A stretch of DNA of 62,351 bases, filler included, from 5 parts of 5 records of this genome joined end to end with filler, not necessarily neighbours in it, one strand, 5' to 3'. Shown: positions 28,807 through 38,968, counted from the first letter of the whole stretch. Notes: generated from the letters alone by a model not told the origin. Translations and numbers: made by a program.

Positions 28807-28842
28807 GGGGGGCTAGAAGCTGGCGCCCCCCCCCCAGAATAT

Positions 28843-29796
28843 TCAAAGTTCGACGCCGAGACCCTCATCAACGCCGATCATGATGTTCATGCACTGGACA
28901 GCTTGCGCGGATGCGCCTTTGCCCAGATTGTCGAGAAGCGCGACGAGACGAGCCTGACCATATTGCTCGTTGCCGAAGACAAAAAGCTTCAGGTTGTTCG
29001 TGCCGTTGAGGCCTTCGGGGTCAAGGCCCTTCATGCTGGCCGACTCTTCGAGCGATGCAACGGAGACAAACCGTTCGCCCTCATAGGCAGCGGCGATTGT
29101 CTCATGCACATGCTTCAACGACGGTTTGGACGGCAGCGCCCAGAGCTGAAGCGGAACTTCCACAATCATGCCCTGCGCATAGCGACCGACAGATGGCGCA
29201 AAAAGCGGCCGCTGCGAGAGCAGACTGTATTGCTCAAGCTCAGGCACATGCTTGTGCTCAAGCCCCAGACCATAGATACGGAAATTCTCTTTGCTGTAAT
29301 TGGGCAAGCTCACATCTTCGAACTCGGCAATCATGCCTTTGCCGCCACCGGAATACCCCGAGACAGCATTTATTGTGACCGGCCAGTCATGCGGAATGAT
29401 ATGCGCACGCGCCAAGGGACGGATGAGCGAAATCGCGCCTGTGGGATAGCAACCCGGATTTGTGACCCGCTTTGCCTTGCCGATAATCTCGCGCTGGATT
29501 TCCGCCATTTCGGGAAAACCATAAACCCAGCCCGGCGAGACACGATGAGCGCTGGAGGCGTCGATCACACGGGTTGCAGGATTCTCGATGAGCTTGACCG
29601 CTTCCTTTGCTGCATCGTCCGGCAGGCAAAGGATCACAATATCAGCGGCATTAAGCGCTTGCTTACGCGCGTCGGCGTCCTTGCGGCTTGCCTCGTCGAG
29701 ACGGATGAACTCAAGGTCGCTGCGTCCGTCGAGACGCGCACGGATTTGCAAACCCGTTGTGCCAACTTCGCCGTCAATAAATACCTTGGTGGTCAT
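28843..29796 (-). CDS. argC: N-acetyl-gamma-glutamyl-phosphate reductase (short type)
   Basis: IDGEVGTTG, DASSAHR, NPGCY, SGYSGGG, DNLGKGA. Confidence 0.96.
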   Translation of the reverse strand: MTTKVFIDGEVGTTGLQIRARLDGRSDLEFIRLDEASRKDADARKQALNAADIVILCLPDDAAKEAVKLIENPATRVIDASSAHRVSPGWVYGFPEMAEIQREIIGKAKRVTNPGCYPTGAISLIRPLARAHIIPHDWPVTINAVSGYSGGGKGMIAEFEDVSLPNYSKENFRIYGLGLEHKHVPELEQYSLLSQRPLFAPSVGRYAQGMIVEVPLQLWALPSKPSLKHVHETIAAAYEGERFVSVASLEESASMKGLDPEGLNGTNNLKLFVFGNEQYGQARLVALLDNLGKGASAQAVQCMNIMIGVDEGLGVEL

Positions 29797-29829
29797 AACG
29801 CTCTCCGGACAATGGACAGAAAAACAAAG

Positions 29830-29860
29830 AAAAAGGGCGCTTCGATTTCGCGAAGCGCCC
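29830..29860 (-). terminator. Intrinsic terminator after rpsI
   Basis: GGGCGCTTCG-ATTTCG-CGAAGCGCCC perfect stem, A5 on the plus strand. Confidence 0.8.
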
Positions 29861-29883
29861 CTGATCGTAACCGCAAAAAGCGA

Positions 29884-29915
29884 TCAGCGCTTTGAGAACT
29901 GGAAGCTACGACGGG
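29884..29915 (-). CDS. rpsI: 30S ribosomal protein S9, 3' end only
   Basis: Not in ORF track. Minus strand reads RRSFQFSKR*, the conserved S9 C-terminus; rpsI next to argC is common in alphaproteobacteria. Confidence 0.9.
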
Positions 29916-30015
29916 NNNNNNNNNNNNNNNNNNNNNNNNNNNNNNNNNNNNNNNNNNNNTTAATTAATTAANNNNNNNNNNNNNNNNNNNNNNNNNNNNN
30001 NNNNNNNNNNNNNNN
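29916..30015. other. Artificial contig linker
   Basis: N44-TTAATTAATTAA-N44. Confidence 0.99.
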
Positions 30016-30765
30016 GCTTCCTGCATTAATGTCGAATGTGGCTCCAGTCGAGTGATCCGCCATTCCACTGGCGATAAAGGTAATCAAAGGAGCCAAATCT
30101 TTCGGTTCAGTCATTCGCTCAAGCGACAAATCGCCCTTAGCGTGATCTTCTCCATATTTGCCCATAAACTCTTTGGTCATATCTGTTCTGACAAAACCTG
30201 GGGCTATAACAAATGCTTTCACGCCATCCTTTCCAAAAGCAGAAGCGATCGATTTGGTAAGAGCCACGATCCCAGCTTTGGATGCCGCGTAGGCTATGTA
30301 ATCTGCCTTTTCTCCTTTAAAGGCAGCTCTGGAACTTATATTAATTATTCTCCCAGACGATTTTCTTTTCAAAAAATGCTCTACCGCCTTTTTACATAAA
30401 ACAGCCGATGATGTGAGGTTGACTTGAATGGTTTCATTCCATGCATTTAACCATTCCTCTTCTGAGGATTGTACGGAACAAGGAATAGCTACTCCAGCAT
30501 TGTTGATCAATACTTCCACGCTTCCCATTTCAAGGGCCACACGATCAAACAATTTTCCTGCCTCCCCCGATTTCGATAAGTCTGCCTGAAAGGCTTTCGA
30601 TTCATTTCCCAAAATATGGCATAAATTCTCTGCTTCCCTTACATTCTTATTATAATGAACAGCAATCGTAGCGCCTGCCTCAGCCAGCTTAGTGGCAACA
30701 GCTTTCCCAATTCCTCGACTCGCGCCTGTTACCAAAATAGTGAGACCAGAAAGATTAATGTACAT
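30016..30765 (-). CDS. SDR-family (FabG-like) oxidoreductase, last codons cut
   Basis: TGASRGIG, NNAG, YAASK, APGFV.T.M. Confidence 0.9.
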
Positions 30766-31028
30766 GATAATGAGTGATTAAAATGGAGCAAGAAAATTAA
30801 CCAAAGATAGGCAGTAGCTGAACTCCATCGGAATATTTAAATTCATAAAAACCGAGCTTAACGCATTTACTCATCTTTCCGTGGAAAAAATTCCATTGGT
30901 CTGCACGGGTTTTTAGCAATTAAATTTTTCCCATAAAAGGGCTAAAAGCTTATTGAATTGGATAAAATTATTATCTTAGTCATTCCTCCAGCGTAGTTAA
31001 AAAGGTAATTTCCACCAAACTCCTAAAA

Positions 31029-32225
31029 ATGGGTATTGTTATCCCTTTAATCCTTATTACCATTTGTTGTTTAGTCATCTGGAGAGCCGGTGATGGTTTC
31101 ATGACCGCTTCTGAGTATATCGGCAGAAACCTATCAGATGGGGTACGCGGAGCAACAATCAATGCAATAGCCAGTTCAATGCCGGAAGTTTTCACTTCAT
31201 TCTTTTTTCTTTTCATTATGCAGGATGCAGAAGGGTTCTCTGGTGGAATCGGAACCACCGCCGGATCGGCTATATTTAATAGTATGGTAATTCCCGCTGT
31301 GGTTATATTAGCTGTAGTTGGTGCAGGTATTGTTAAAAACATAAAAGTTTCAAAAAAGGTCATGTACCGAGATGGTATATCCTTGTTGATCGCTGAGCTA
31401 ATATTTATCATTTTAATCAGTGGATCCAGCCTTGACTGGTATCATGGGTTTCTTTTAATGATGGTATATGTTGTCTACATCGTATTTATGTTTTGGTCAA
31501 TGGACAAAAAGGAACGCGACACCATGCTCGAGGAAAGTCATATTGCCGAAGAGGATTTTGAAGACGATGAGCGTACACAAAAGCCTTTTTTACTTGGTTT
31601 AATTACATTGGACCTAGAGCGTGTTTTTATAGGAAAGTCAAAAATCAATGCCACACGTGCATGGGGCTTGCTCCTCAGTGCAACAGTCGCCATCGCTTTA
31701 GTTTGTTATCTTTTGGTACTGGCCTGTGAATGGATTGGTGAAGATACATATCATGTTCCTTTCTTAGGCGAATTCAATGGCCTTGGCATACCAGTTATGT
31801 TTGTGGCACTTATTCTGGCTTCTGCTGCTTCCAGTTTTCCTGATACCATCATATCTATTAAAGACGCGCAAAATGGAAAATATGACGATGCAATTTCAAA
31901 CGCGCTAGGAAGCAATATTTTTGATATCTGTTTTGCTTTAGGTTTTCCGCTTTTCATTTTCACACTTATGCACGGCCCTATTGCTATGCCGCAGGAAATG
32001 GTAGATTTGAGCAGTGAGTTGCGATTTTTGCTTTGGTTACTCACAGTAGCCGTGCTGGCACTTTTCGTGAGTGGTAAGACGATGGGCAGAGGGAAAGCAA
32101 GTTTCCTTTTAGGTTTCTATTTTCTGTTCGTCCTGTACGTAATAGGCAGGGGAGCTGGCAATAGCATCGCTCAAAGCATCGCGGATTGGTTGGTCTCTGT
32201 TGTACAGTTCTTTAGCCTTAGCTAA
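31029..32225 (+). CDS. Ca2+/cation (CaCA, Na+/Ca2+) antiporter
   Basis: alpha-1 GATINAIASSMPE...GSAIFN and alpha-2 ASSFPD...NALGSNIFDI repeats; acidic central loop. Confidence 0.9.
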   Translation: MGIVIPLILITICCLVIWRAGDGFMTASEYIGRNLSDGVRGATINAIASSMPEVFTSFFFLFIMQDAEGFSGGIGTTAGSAIFNSMVIPAVVILAVVGAGIVKNIKVSKKVMYRDGISLLIAELIFIILISGSSLDWYHGFLLMMVYVVYIVFMFWSMDKKERDTMLEESHIAEEDFEDDERTQKPFLLGLITLDLERVFIGKSKINATRAWGLLLSATVAIALVCYLLVLACEWIGEDTYHVPFLGEFNGLGIPVMFVALILASAASSFPDTIISIKDAQNGKYDDAISNALGSNIFDICFALGFPLFIFTLMHGPIAMPQEMVDLSSELRFLLWLLTVAVLALFVSGKTMGRGKASFLLGFYFLFVLYVIGRGAGNSIAQSIADWLVSVVQFFSLS

Positions 32226-32547
32226 GAGTCAAAACCAATTGTCCTTTCGTGTTGATTTGAACTTCATAAAGTTTCAGGTTTCTGCATCGGTATTCTAGCT
32301 CAGTACCCGTCTTCAGGTCAAACATGTAGTTGTGCCATGGACATATGATTTGTTTTTGAACATTCAGCACACCTTCATTCAGTGGAAAACCTGAATGAGG
32401 GCAATGGTTATCAAAAGCATAAAACAATTCCTCCATTCGAACGACAGTAATCCGTTTGGTTCCGATTTTGAAAAGTCTCATTTCCCTGTTTGGAAAGAGT
32501 TCGGAAACCTTATTCGGGTGTTCGACCAAAAGAATTTCTTCAGGCAT
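32218..32547 (-). CDS. Rieske [2Fe-2S] ferredoxin
   Basis: CPH...CPWH ligands, FDLKTG. Confidence 0.9.
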   Translation of the reverse strand: MPEEILLVEHPNKVSELFPNREMRLFKIGTKRITVVRMEELFYAFDNHCPHSGFPLNEGVLNVQKQIICPWHNYMFDLKTGTELEYRCRNLKLYEVQINTKGQLVLTLS

Positions 32548-32621
32548 GATGTTTTTGATTCTGTTTTGTCACAATTAGAAATTGGATATTCCTTATCTTA
32601 GCGATTCAAAATGTAGCAACT

Positions 32622-32747
32622 ATGGAACTTACTAACCCTGCTGTAACCGACGGAGTTAATTTATTTGTAAATATCGTGGTATTTCTGATTGCTTTTGGTG
32701 CCGCCCTTTCATTCGTTGACTTTAAGAAACAAAACAGCAAACATTAA
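32622..32747 (+). CDS. Putative 41-aa single-TM protein
   Basis: Below ORF-track cutoff: MELTNPAVTDGVNLFVNIVVFLIAFGAALSFVDFKKQNSKH*. Confidence 0.55.
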   Translation: MELTNPAVTDGVNLFVNIVVFLIAFGAALSFVDFKKQNSKH

Positions 32748-32774
32748 TTTTACATTGCTTCGTATGAGTAAGTA

Positions 32775-33431
32775 ATGCCACGCTCATTCGTAATAGGCGA
32801 TATCCATGGTTGTCTGAAAACCTTCAGAAAACTAGTGGAACAAATCAACCCTAACAGTTCCGATCAACTTGTTTTACTCGGAGATTACATTTCAAAGGGA
32901 CCGAACCCGCTCGGTGTACTCCAATATATCATCCAACTTAAAGAAAAGCTTAACTTGGTAGCTCTGCTTGGAAACCATGACTTACTTCTGCTTAAGTACC
33001 TTCAATCGCCAACTTCCGAAAGAAAAGAGCTGCTTGTTTCACTAAACAATGGAGGTTTAACTGATTTGAAAATAGGCGAACAAAATCAAGTTCGCTCGTT
33101 ACTTGAAACCCTGACCTTATTTTATGAAGAAGAAAGATGTCTTTGCGTTCATGCAGGGTTCGATTTTTCTCTGAAATTCCCTTTTCGGGATCAAAATAGC
33201 ATGCTCAATATAAGAGACTTTCAGTACGATCACCTGAAAGCTAAGGGGAAGATCATTATTCATGGTCATAATCCAAAAAACCTGGAGACTGTGCGAAAAT
33301 CTATTTCCTCCCAGCACTCAATCATCCATTTAGATAATGGTTGTGTTTACAAGAACCTTCCCGGTTTTGGTTCTCTCCTTGCTCTAGAACTGAACGAAAT
33401 GCAGCTCTATAGCCAAAAAAATTGTGATTGA
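32775..33431 (+). CDS. Metallophosphoesterase (PPP/PrpA-ApaH-like)
   Basis: GDIHG, LGDYISKGP, GNHD, VHAG, HGHNP, LDNGC. Confidence 0.9.
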   Translation: MPRSFVIGDIHGCLKTFRKLVEQINPNSSDQLVLLGDYISKGPNPLGVLQYIIQLKEKLNLVALLGNHDLLLLKYLQSPTSERKELLVSLNNGGLTDLKIGEQNQVRSLLETLTLFYEEERCLCVHAGFDFSLKFPFRDQNSMLNIRDFQYDHLKAKGKIIIHGHNPKNLETVRKSISSQHSIIHLDNGCVYKNLPGFGSLLALELNEMQLYSQKNCD

Positions 33432-33606
33432 TTAAACGTGATCCCTTTTGTGATCACTTACTTTTTCGTTTGGAAGAATGTAAGGACATACGATCGACAG
33501 AATGAACAAAAAGCCTATTAGTACGAGCATTAACATAGTGAGCGTGTTTTTTAGAGAGTAAAGATAGTTAGTCAAGCGGATTTATCACATTCCGAAAGAG
33601 AAATCT

Positions 33607-34959
33607 CTAGACGACCCCTTGGGCAATCATCGAATCAGCCACTTTAACGAATCCCGCTATATTGGCTCCTTTCACATAATCCACGTAGTTGGCACTTTCA
33701 CGACCGTATTCCATGCAGTTGATATGTATGCTTTTCATAATCATTTTCAAGCGATAATCTACCTCGTCGCTCGTCCAGTAAAGCCTTTGTGCATTTTGCG
33801 ACATTTCTAAACCAGAGGTGGCCACACCACCTGCATTCGATGCTTTACCTGGACTAAAAAGAATCTTTTTACCACGAATCAAGGTTAATGCTCCTTCCGT
33901 GGTTGGCATGTTGGCTCCTTCGAAGACACCCTTGCAGCCATTTGCAAGAAGGCTTTTGGCGTCCGCTTCACCTATTTCATTTTGTGTCGCACAGGGGTAG
34001 GCATAATCCGCCTTCAATCCCCATGGCCTCTGCCCAGACAAAAATTGTGCGTTTTTATATTTCTTCGTGTATTCCTCAATTCTTCCCCGTTTGAGGTTTT
34101 TCAATTCCTTCAAAAAGTCTAGCTTTTCCGTGTCGATACCGTCCTTGTCATAAATAGTCCCGCCGGAATCAGAGGCCGAAATTGGTTTTGCTCCTAATTC
34201 GATTAATTTTTCAATAGTGAATTGAGCCACATTCCCACTTCCCGAAACTGCGCAAACTTTGTCCTTTAACCCTTCTCCTCTGGCGTCCAGCATTTCATGG
34301 CTAAAGTACACCACGCCATACCCAGTTGCCTCTGTTCGAATCAAGCTTCCGCCATAGTGTAACCCTTTTCCGGTCAGCACTCCGGTAAATTCATTTCGTA
34401 TTTTCTTATACTGGCCATACAAAAATCCTATTTCCCGAGCTCCAACTCCGATATCTCCTGCAGGAATATCCGTGTAACCCCCAATGTGTTTCGAAAGCTC
34501 TGTCATAAACGCTTGACAAAAACGCATGACTTCATTGTCTGATCTTCCTTTAGGGTCAAAGTTGCTTCCTCCTTTTCCTCCACCTAGAGGAAGAGTTGTC
34601 AAGCTATTTTTAAAGACTTGTTCGAAAGCCAAAAACTTTAGAATTGATAAATTAACAGATGGATGAAATCTAAGTCCCCCTTTGTAGGGTCCAATTGCCG
34701 AGTTCATTTGTACCCGATACCCCCGGTTTATTTGTACGACTCCACTATCATCAACCCACGGAACACGGAACATAATCACACGTTCTGGTTCACAAATCCG
34801 CTCCAAAATTTTGTGCTCTCTGTATTTTGGTTGATCCAAGGTAAACGGGATTATGGTTTCAGCCACTTCCTTCACGGCTTGGATAAATTCCGGTTCATTT
34901 GGGTTGCGCTGGCTTATAATAGAAACAAAGGTGTCCAGTTCCTTTTGTGCAATTGACAT
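33607..34959 (-). CDS. gdhA: NADP-specific glutamate dehydrogenase
   Basis: GPYKGGLRFH, GGGKGG, PAGDIGVG, EATGYG, GSGNVA, EGANMP, NAGGV. Confidence 0.96.
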   Translation of the reverse strand: MSIAQKELDTFVSIISQRNPNEPEFIQAVKEVAETIIPFTLDQPKYREHKILERICEPERVIMFRVPWVDDSGVVQINRGYRVQMNSAIGPYKGGLRFHPSVNLSILKFLAFEQVFKNSLTTLPLGGGKGGSNFDPKGRSDNEVMRFCQAFMTELSKHIGGYTDIPAGDIGVGAREIGFLYGQYKKIRNEFTGVLTGKGLHYGGSLIRTEATGYGVVYFSHEMLDARGEGLKDKVCAVSGSGNVAQFTIEKLIELGAKPISASDSGGTIYDKDGIDTEKLDFLKELKNLKRGRIEEYTKKYKNAQFLSGQRPWGLKADYAYPCATQNEIGEADAKSLLANGCKGVFEGANMPTTEGALTLIRGKKILFSPGKASNAGGVATSGLEMSQNAQRLYWTSDEVDYRLKMIMKSIHINCMEYGRESANYVDYVKGANIAGFVKVADSMIAQGVV

Positions 34960-35111
34960 GGGTTTAGGGTTTAGTTGTTTATGTCATAAGTTAATTTTTT
35001 TTTCTGTGAATGACTAATCCGTAAAAACACGGAAATAAAGATTAAAAAACACCCACCTAAACTCTAAGTAACATTGTTACGTTATACTTGGGGAGTAAAA
35101 CCACCAAAATT

Positions 35112-35285
35112 ATGAACGTGCAAAACTTGGATTCCGAGTTAATCACAAAAGTGATTTCCTTGAACAAAAATCAGAAAAATGACGTGTTGGATTTTTTGGA
35201 GACTATCCCAAAGCATGGGCACAACACGAAGCTTTATAAAAGCAAAGCCCTGAAGCAAATTCGCCAAGCGCTTCAGACCATCTAA
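35112..35285 (+). CDS. Small hypothetical protein (57 aa)
   Basis: A-rich leader before ATG; helical amphipathic sequence ending ALKQIRQAL. Confidence 0.6.
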   Translation: MNVQNLDSELITKVISLNKNQKNDVLDFLETIPKHGHNTKLYKSKALKQIRQALQTI

Positions 35286-35301
35286 AGGATTTTTAATTTG
35301 G

Positions 35302-37206
35302 TCAGTCTTCTGATAGGACGATTATACGATCCTCAGATGTAAGTGTAAAGTTTTCACTCTTCTTCGGGTTGACATAAACACCGTATCCCTTGTTCGCATT
35401 TTTGGATTCCTTCACCACGCGATAGCCAATGGCTACTTCGTTCTTCCTTGCGGCAGATTCCAGAACAGTATAAAAGTTAATCGGCTCACCTACTTTTACA
35501 TATTCTTTGGCTGGCTTGATGTAAATTTCAGAGCCGTCAGCGTCAAACAAATCCTCAAAAACCCGCATCAGGAATTTATTTTCTGATACCTGACTCATCA
35601 ATAAACTGATGAGTTTATCGCTTACGATAAAGTCATCGGCACTGGTAATATCCGCCAATTGCCTGTTTCGGATATCAAGCATCTCACTAACTATTTTGTA
35701 TTTCTGACCGCTTCTTTCTGTGAAATTTCTCAAATGCAGTAAGGTGATCAGGGTTTGTGCATCCGCCTCTTGTATGGGGAAATAGTTTTGATAGCAAAGT
35801 AAAATGATATAGTTATACGCTCCAAGGTTCATTGATTCCAATGTCTCCCGATCCGTAGTATCCATCACTTCAAATTCAAGTGTGATATTTGTCATTTTGG
35901 ATTCCATCTTCTTAATGATCTTCTCAGAATCACCAAACTTAGAAACAACTTTCACATGAGATCCTTTCGGAACGTAATTGTCGAGTTCTTTAATTATATA
36001 TCTCGCTCGGTTGTTCCACCCAACAATTAAAATTTGCTCGTGTTTTTCCGGATCTGGTTCTGTATAAACAATTTTATTCTCTTCCAGGTCGTAATTCACA
36101 TCAGCTGACGGCACAAGTGTATCATCGTCTTCGGTAATTCCGATTACACTGTCTCCTTCTTTAAAAATAGTGTCCATTGGTGGGTTTATCTCAACACTTT
36201 CATCGGCATATTGAATACCCATTATAGCAGAGTCTTCGTACGCAAACAAAATCTCCCTGAAGGTTTTACCTACTAGTGACTTCTCCTCCATGAAGTAAAT
36301 TTCATCCCCACCAAAATCCATTAATTCAATATAGACGATACTCAAGCCAGACTGACGTGAGGTTTGCACCATGATTCTAGAGATAATCTCATCAGACAGA
36401 ATCAACTCCACCTCGTTTTTTCCAACCATTTTCGCTACTTCGAAATTCTTTCGATCTTCCATCTCCGCAGTGATATGATATGGCGCTTCGCGTCTTTCTG
36501 GGTTTGTTACGATCGCTACTATAGTTTTGATAATCTGAGAGTCGGAATTCTCATTGTCTTTATCGAGAATGATAATTGACTTTGTATCGAAAGGGTTGGC
36601 TATATACAAATCATGCACATCAATAGGATTACCTGTACGGCAGATCACTTGAGTATTTGCCGTTGAACCAACTTTATCCCTGATCTCATCTTCCATTTCT
36701 ACCTTATCCATATCGGCAAGAATCACAATGACTCCTCTTTTCTGGTTTTCATTGGCAATGACCAACTCTGAAATAATTGTGAAGATTTTGGAAGACCAAC
36801 CAAGAATTAAAACGTGATCCTGTTCGATAACAAATGAACGCCCTTTTCTCAAATCATCAATCTTCGTGAGGATACCGTTCGAAACCAAACCTATCAATGT
36901 GGAAACAATAACCAAACCCAGGATGGTAACCAGGAACATGAATAAACGGAAGGGCCAATTTTCTTCATGGTTACCGACTACACCCGGATCCAAAACGTGT
37001 ACGGCATTGACCCAGATAGACTCAAAGAGGTTGAAGGTGTTGTCAGCATCCGGGTGAAACCCGATAGCCAGTAAAATAATTGCGAAAAGTAAAATGAAAA
37101 TCAAGGTGAAAACCCCAAGACCGGAAATCATGGAAAGCGTTCCTTTGGAGATGAAGTTGTCGAATTTATACTTGATTCTGGTGACGAACGGGAATTTATT
37201 GCTCAT
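35302..37206 (-). CDS. CASTOR/POLLUX (DMI1)-like cation channel
   Basis: Y-FDN-SKG start, TM-pore(DPG)-TM, LRKGRSFVIE, two RCK domains (ILGWSSK, IVGWNNR), RQSGLS.VY.EL.DF.G.EIY, DA.G.EIYIKP, NP.K. Confidence 0.85.
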   Translation of the reverse strand: MSNKFPFVTRIKYKFDNFISKGTLSMISGLGVFTLIFILLFAIILLAIGFHPDADNTFNLFESIWVNAVHVLDPGVVGNHEENWPFRLFMFLVTILGLVIVSTLIGLVSNGILTKIDDLRKGRSFVIEQDHVLILGWSSKIFTIISELVIANENQKRGVIVILADMDKVEMEDEIRDKVGSTANTQVICRTGNPIDVHDLYIANPFDTKSIIILDKDNENSDSQIIKTIVAIVTNPERREAPYHITAEMEDRKNFEVAKMVGKNEVELILSDEIISRIMVQTSRQSGLSIVYIELMDFGGDEIYFMEEKSLVGKTFREILFAYEDSAIMGIQYADESVEINPPMDTIFKEGDSVIGITEDDDTLVPSADVNYDLEENKIVYTEPDPEKHEQILIVGWNNRARYIIKELDNYVPKGSHVKVVSKFGDSEKIIKKMESKMTNITLEFEVMDTTDRETLESMNLGAYNYIILLCYQNYFPIQEADAQTLITLLHLRNFTERSGQKYKIVSEMLDIRNRQLADITSADDFIVSDKLISLLMSQVSENKFLMRVFEDLFDADGSEIYIKPAKEYVKVGEPINFYTVLESAARKNEVAIGYRVVKESKNANKGYGVYVNPKKSENFTLTSEDRIIVLSED

Positions 37207-37355
37207 TCAAAGGTTCTTAAAGACATATAAGGTACGCAAAACTAACCCAATTTCTAAATTTAGGGTCTTGTTGCAATTCGTTAATCATTTTTCTTCAATG
37301 AATAGGTAAACTTCAATTAGGTATTTCAGGTTTAGACCAAACAAGTGAATTTCTA

Positions 37356-37377
37356 AATTACTCAGAAATGAGTAATT
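37356..37377. promoter_or_regulatory. Perfect inverted repeat, NarL-type 7-2-7 site
   Basis: AATTACTCA-GAAA-TGAGTAATT; core TACTCAG-AA-ATGAGTA. Confidence 0.5.
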
Positions 37378-38078
37378 AACTCCCACCCCGGATCAACTCT
37401 TATGGTAGGAAATTTACTTTTACTACGGATTCAAAAAATGGGTTCCTCTAGCTCTGCCAGACTCTGTCTTTCTTTTACAGGTATATTCATCTACTGGTCA
37501 TTCCTGTTGATCTTTATGGGTCAATAATACACACTACCGTTTTGATAATTTTTAGAAACCATCCTGTTTTAATCATGTGATCTTGGTGACACGTACATCC
37601 CCCGCATGAACCTTCCTGCTTTTAAAAACATGGTTATCACTGTACTGTTGGCCTTCCAATCATTCTACGTTTTTCCAAAAATTCGATTCGCCGAGATTCC
37701 TTTTCCAACGTCACAATTGTACTAAACTTGGAAGGCAATAAGCCAGCGTTTTTCGAAAGATCTGCTGAATTTTTGTTCTCGCTTCTGTTTTTGTAGGCTT
37801 GATTTCTGGGCGTATTTCCCTTTTTGATAGGCTACTCAAAGAAACAAAAGACCCAACCACATTTTCTATAGGTTTCTGCTCGAGATCAAAAAAGAACTTC
37901 CTACTATTAAACCTCAATAAGCTAAACGATTAAGGTTCCCGTTTTTCCTTTGATTAACATTCCCAAAATTTTCTTGTGAAAAGGAGAAGCACATAACCGC
38001 TTGAAACGTGTGTATCTCCAACTATAAAATCCCGATTATAAAGAAAATTGACTTAATTTGAGGCAAAGGTGAACAGCT

Positions 38079-38726
38079 ATGGATCGGGAGTTGAATGTAT
38101 TGGTAACGGATGACCATACCTTATTCCGTAAAGGAATGGTTATGTTGTTGAAAACTTTCCCAGAGGTGATGAACGTTTGGGATGTGGCTGATGGACAAAA
38201 GGCCCTCGATTTTATGAAGGGTCAAAAAATTGATATCATTCTTCTTGATATTGATATGCCCGTCCTGGACGGTCGCGACACGGCCAGAAAAATTGTTACC
38301 CGATTCCCTGACACAAAAATAATCATGGTGTCCATGCATGATTCCCTTAACACAGTTTCGGAGTTGATTGATATTGGGGTTCACTGCTATTTATTGAAAA
38401 CAGCAACTCCAGATGAAGTGCTTACCGCTATTCAGTTTGTGAAAAACAACGACTTCTATTACAATCAGATTGTTGCCAAGGCGCTCAGAACAAATACATC
38501 CTTTATTTTGGATGGCGCTGAGGAATCAGGGGTAACGAAAAGGGAGGCTGAAATCCTCCGTTTGATTTGTGAAGAGTTGACAATGAAAGAAATAGGCGAG
38601 AAGCTATATATCAGCGAAAAAACGATCCACACACATCGCAAAAATCTTATGAAAAAAACCCATGCTAAGAATGCCGTAGGGTTGGTGAAATACGCGATTC
38701 AGAACAAAATTGTGTCGTTTGAATAA
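38079..38726 (+). CDS. NarL/LuxR-family response regulator (orphan)
   Basis: DDH, LLDIDMP, SMH, YLLK receiver; TKREAEIL...ISEKTIHTHRKNL HTH. Confidence 0.95.
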   Translation: MDRELNVLVTDDHTLFRKGMVMLLKTFPEVMNVWDVADGQKALDFMKGQKIDIILLDIDMPVLDGRDTARKIVTRFPDTKIIMVSMHDSLNTVSELIDIGVHCYLLKTATPDEVLTAIQFVKNNDFYYNQIVAKALRTNTSFILDGAEESGVTKREAEILRLICEELTMKEIGEKLYISEKTIHTHRKNLMKKTHAKNAVGLVKYAIQNKIVSFE

Positions 38727-38897
38727 TACCACATTTAGGGTATTTTTTCTCTTCTCTGTTATTTATAAATATTTGGTAACCAGTGTTTTACCGGTTTGTA
38801 ATCATTGCTACAAGTGGAAATAAATAATAAGCCAGTCTAAGTTGATTTAACTTGCCTAAACCATTTGGTAAATGGTACCTCTTAGGTTGATGGTTAT

Positions 38898-38936
38898 AAA
38901 AAATGGCTGGTGTAGTAACTAGCCATTTTCTTTTTT
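38898..38936. terminator. Bidirectional intrinsic terminator
   Basis: AAAAAATGGCTGGT-loop-ACTAGCCATTTT-CTTTTTT. Confidence 0.8.
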
Positions 38937-38968
38937 GTAAGCTTGAGGATTATTCCAAATATCTGCAA

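Noticed and set aside
28807-28835. G7...C9 homopolymers as a phase-variation tract
   Set aside because: Intergenic between convergent stops and mutually complementary; better explained as a terminator-like stem.
28903-29895. 330-aa plus-strand ORF
   Set aside because: Antisense shadow of argC.
37711-37917. 68-aa minus-strand ORF in the gap next to the NarL regulator
   Set aside because: TTG start, no motif or supporting signals; cannot be distinguished from chance.
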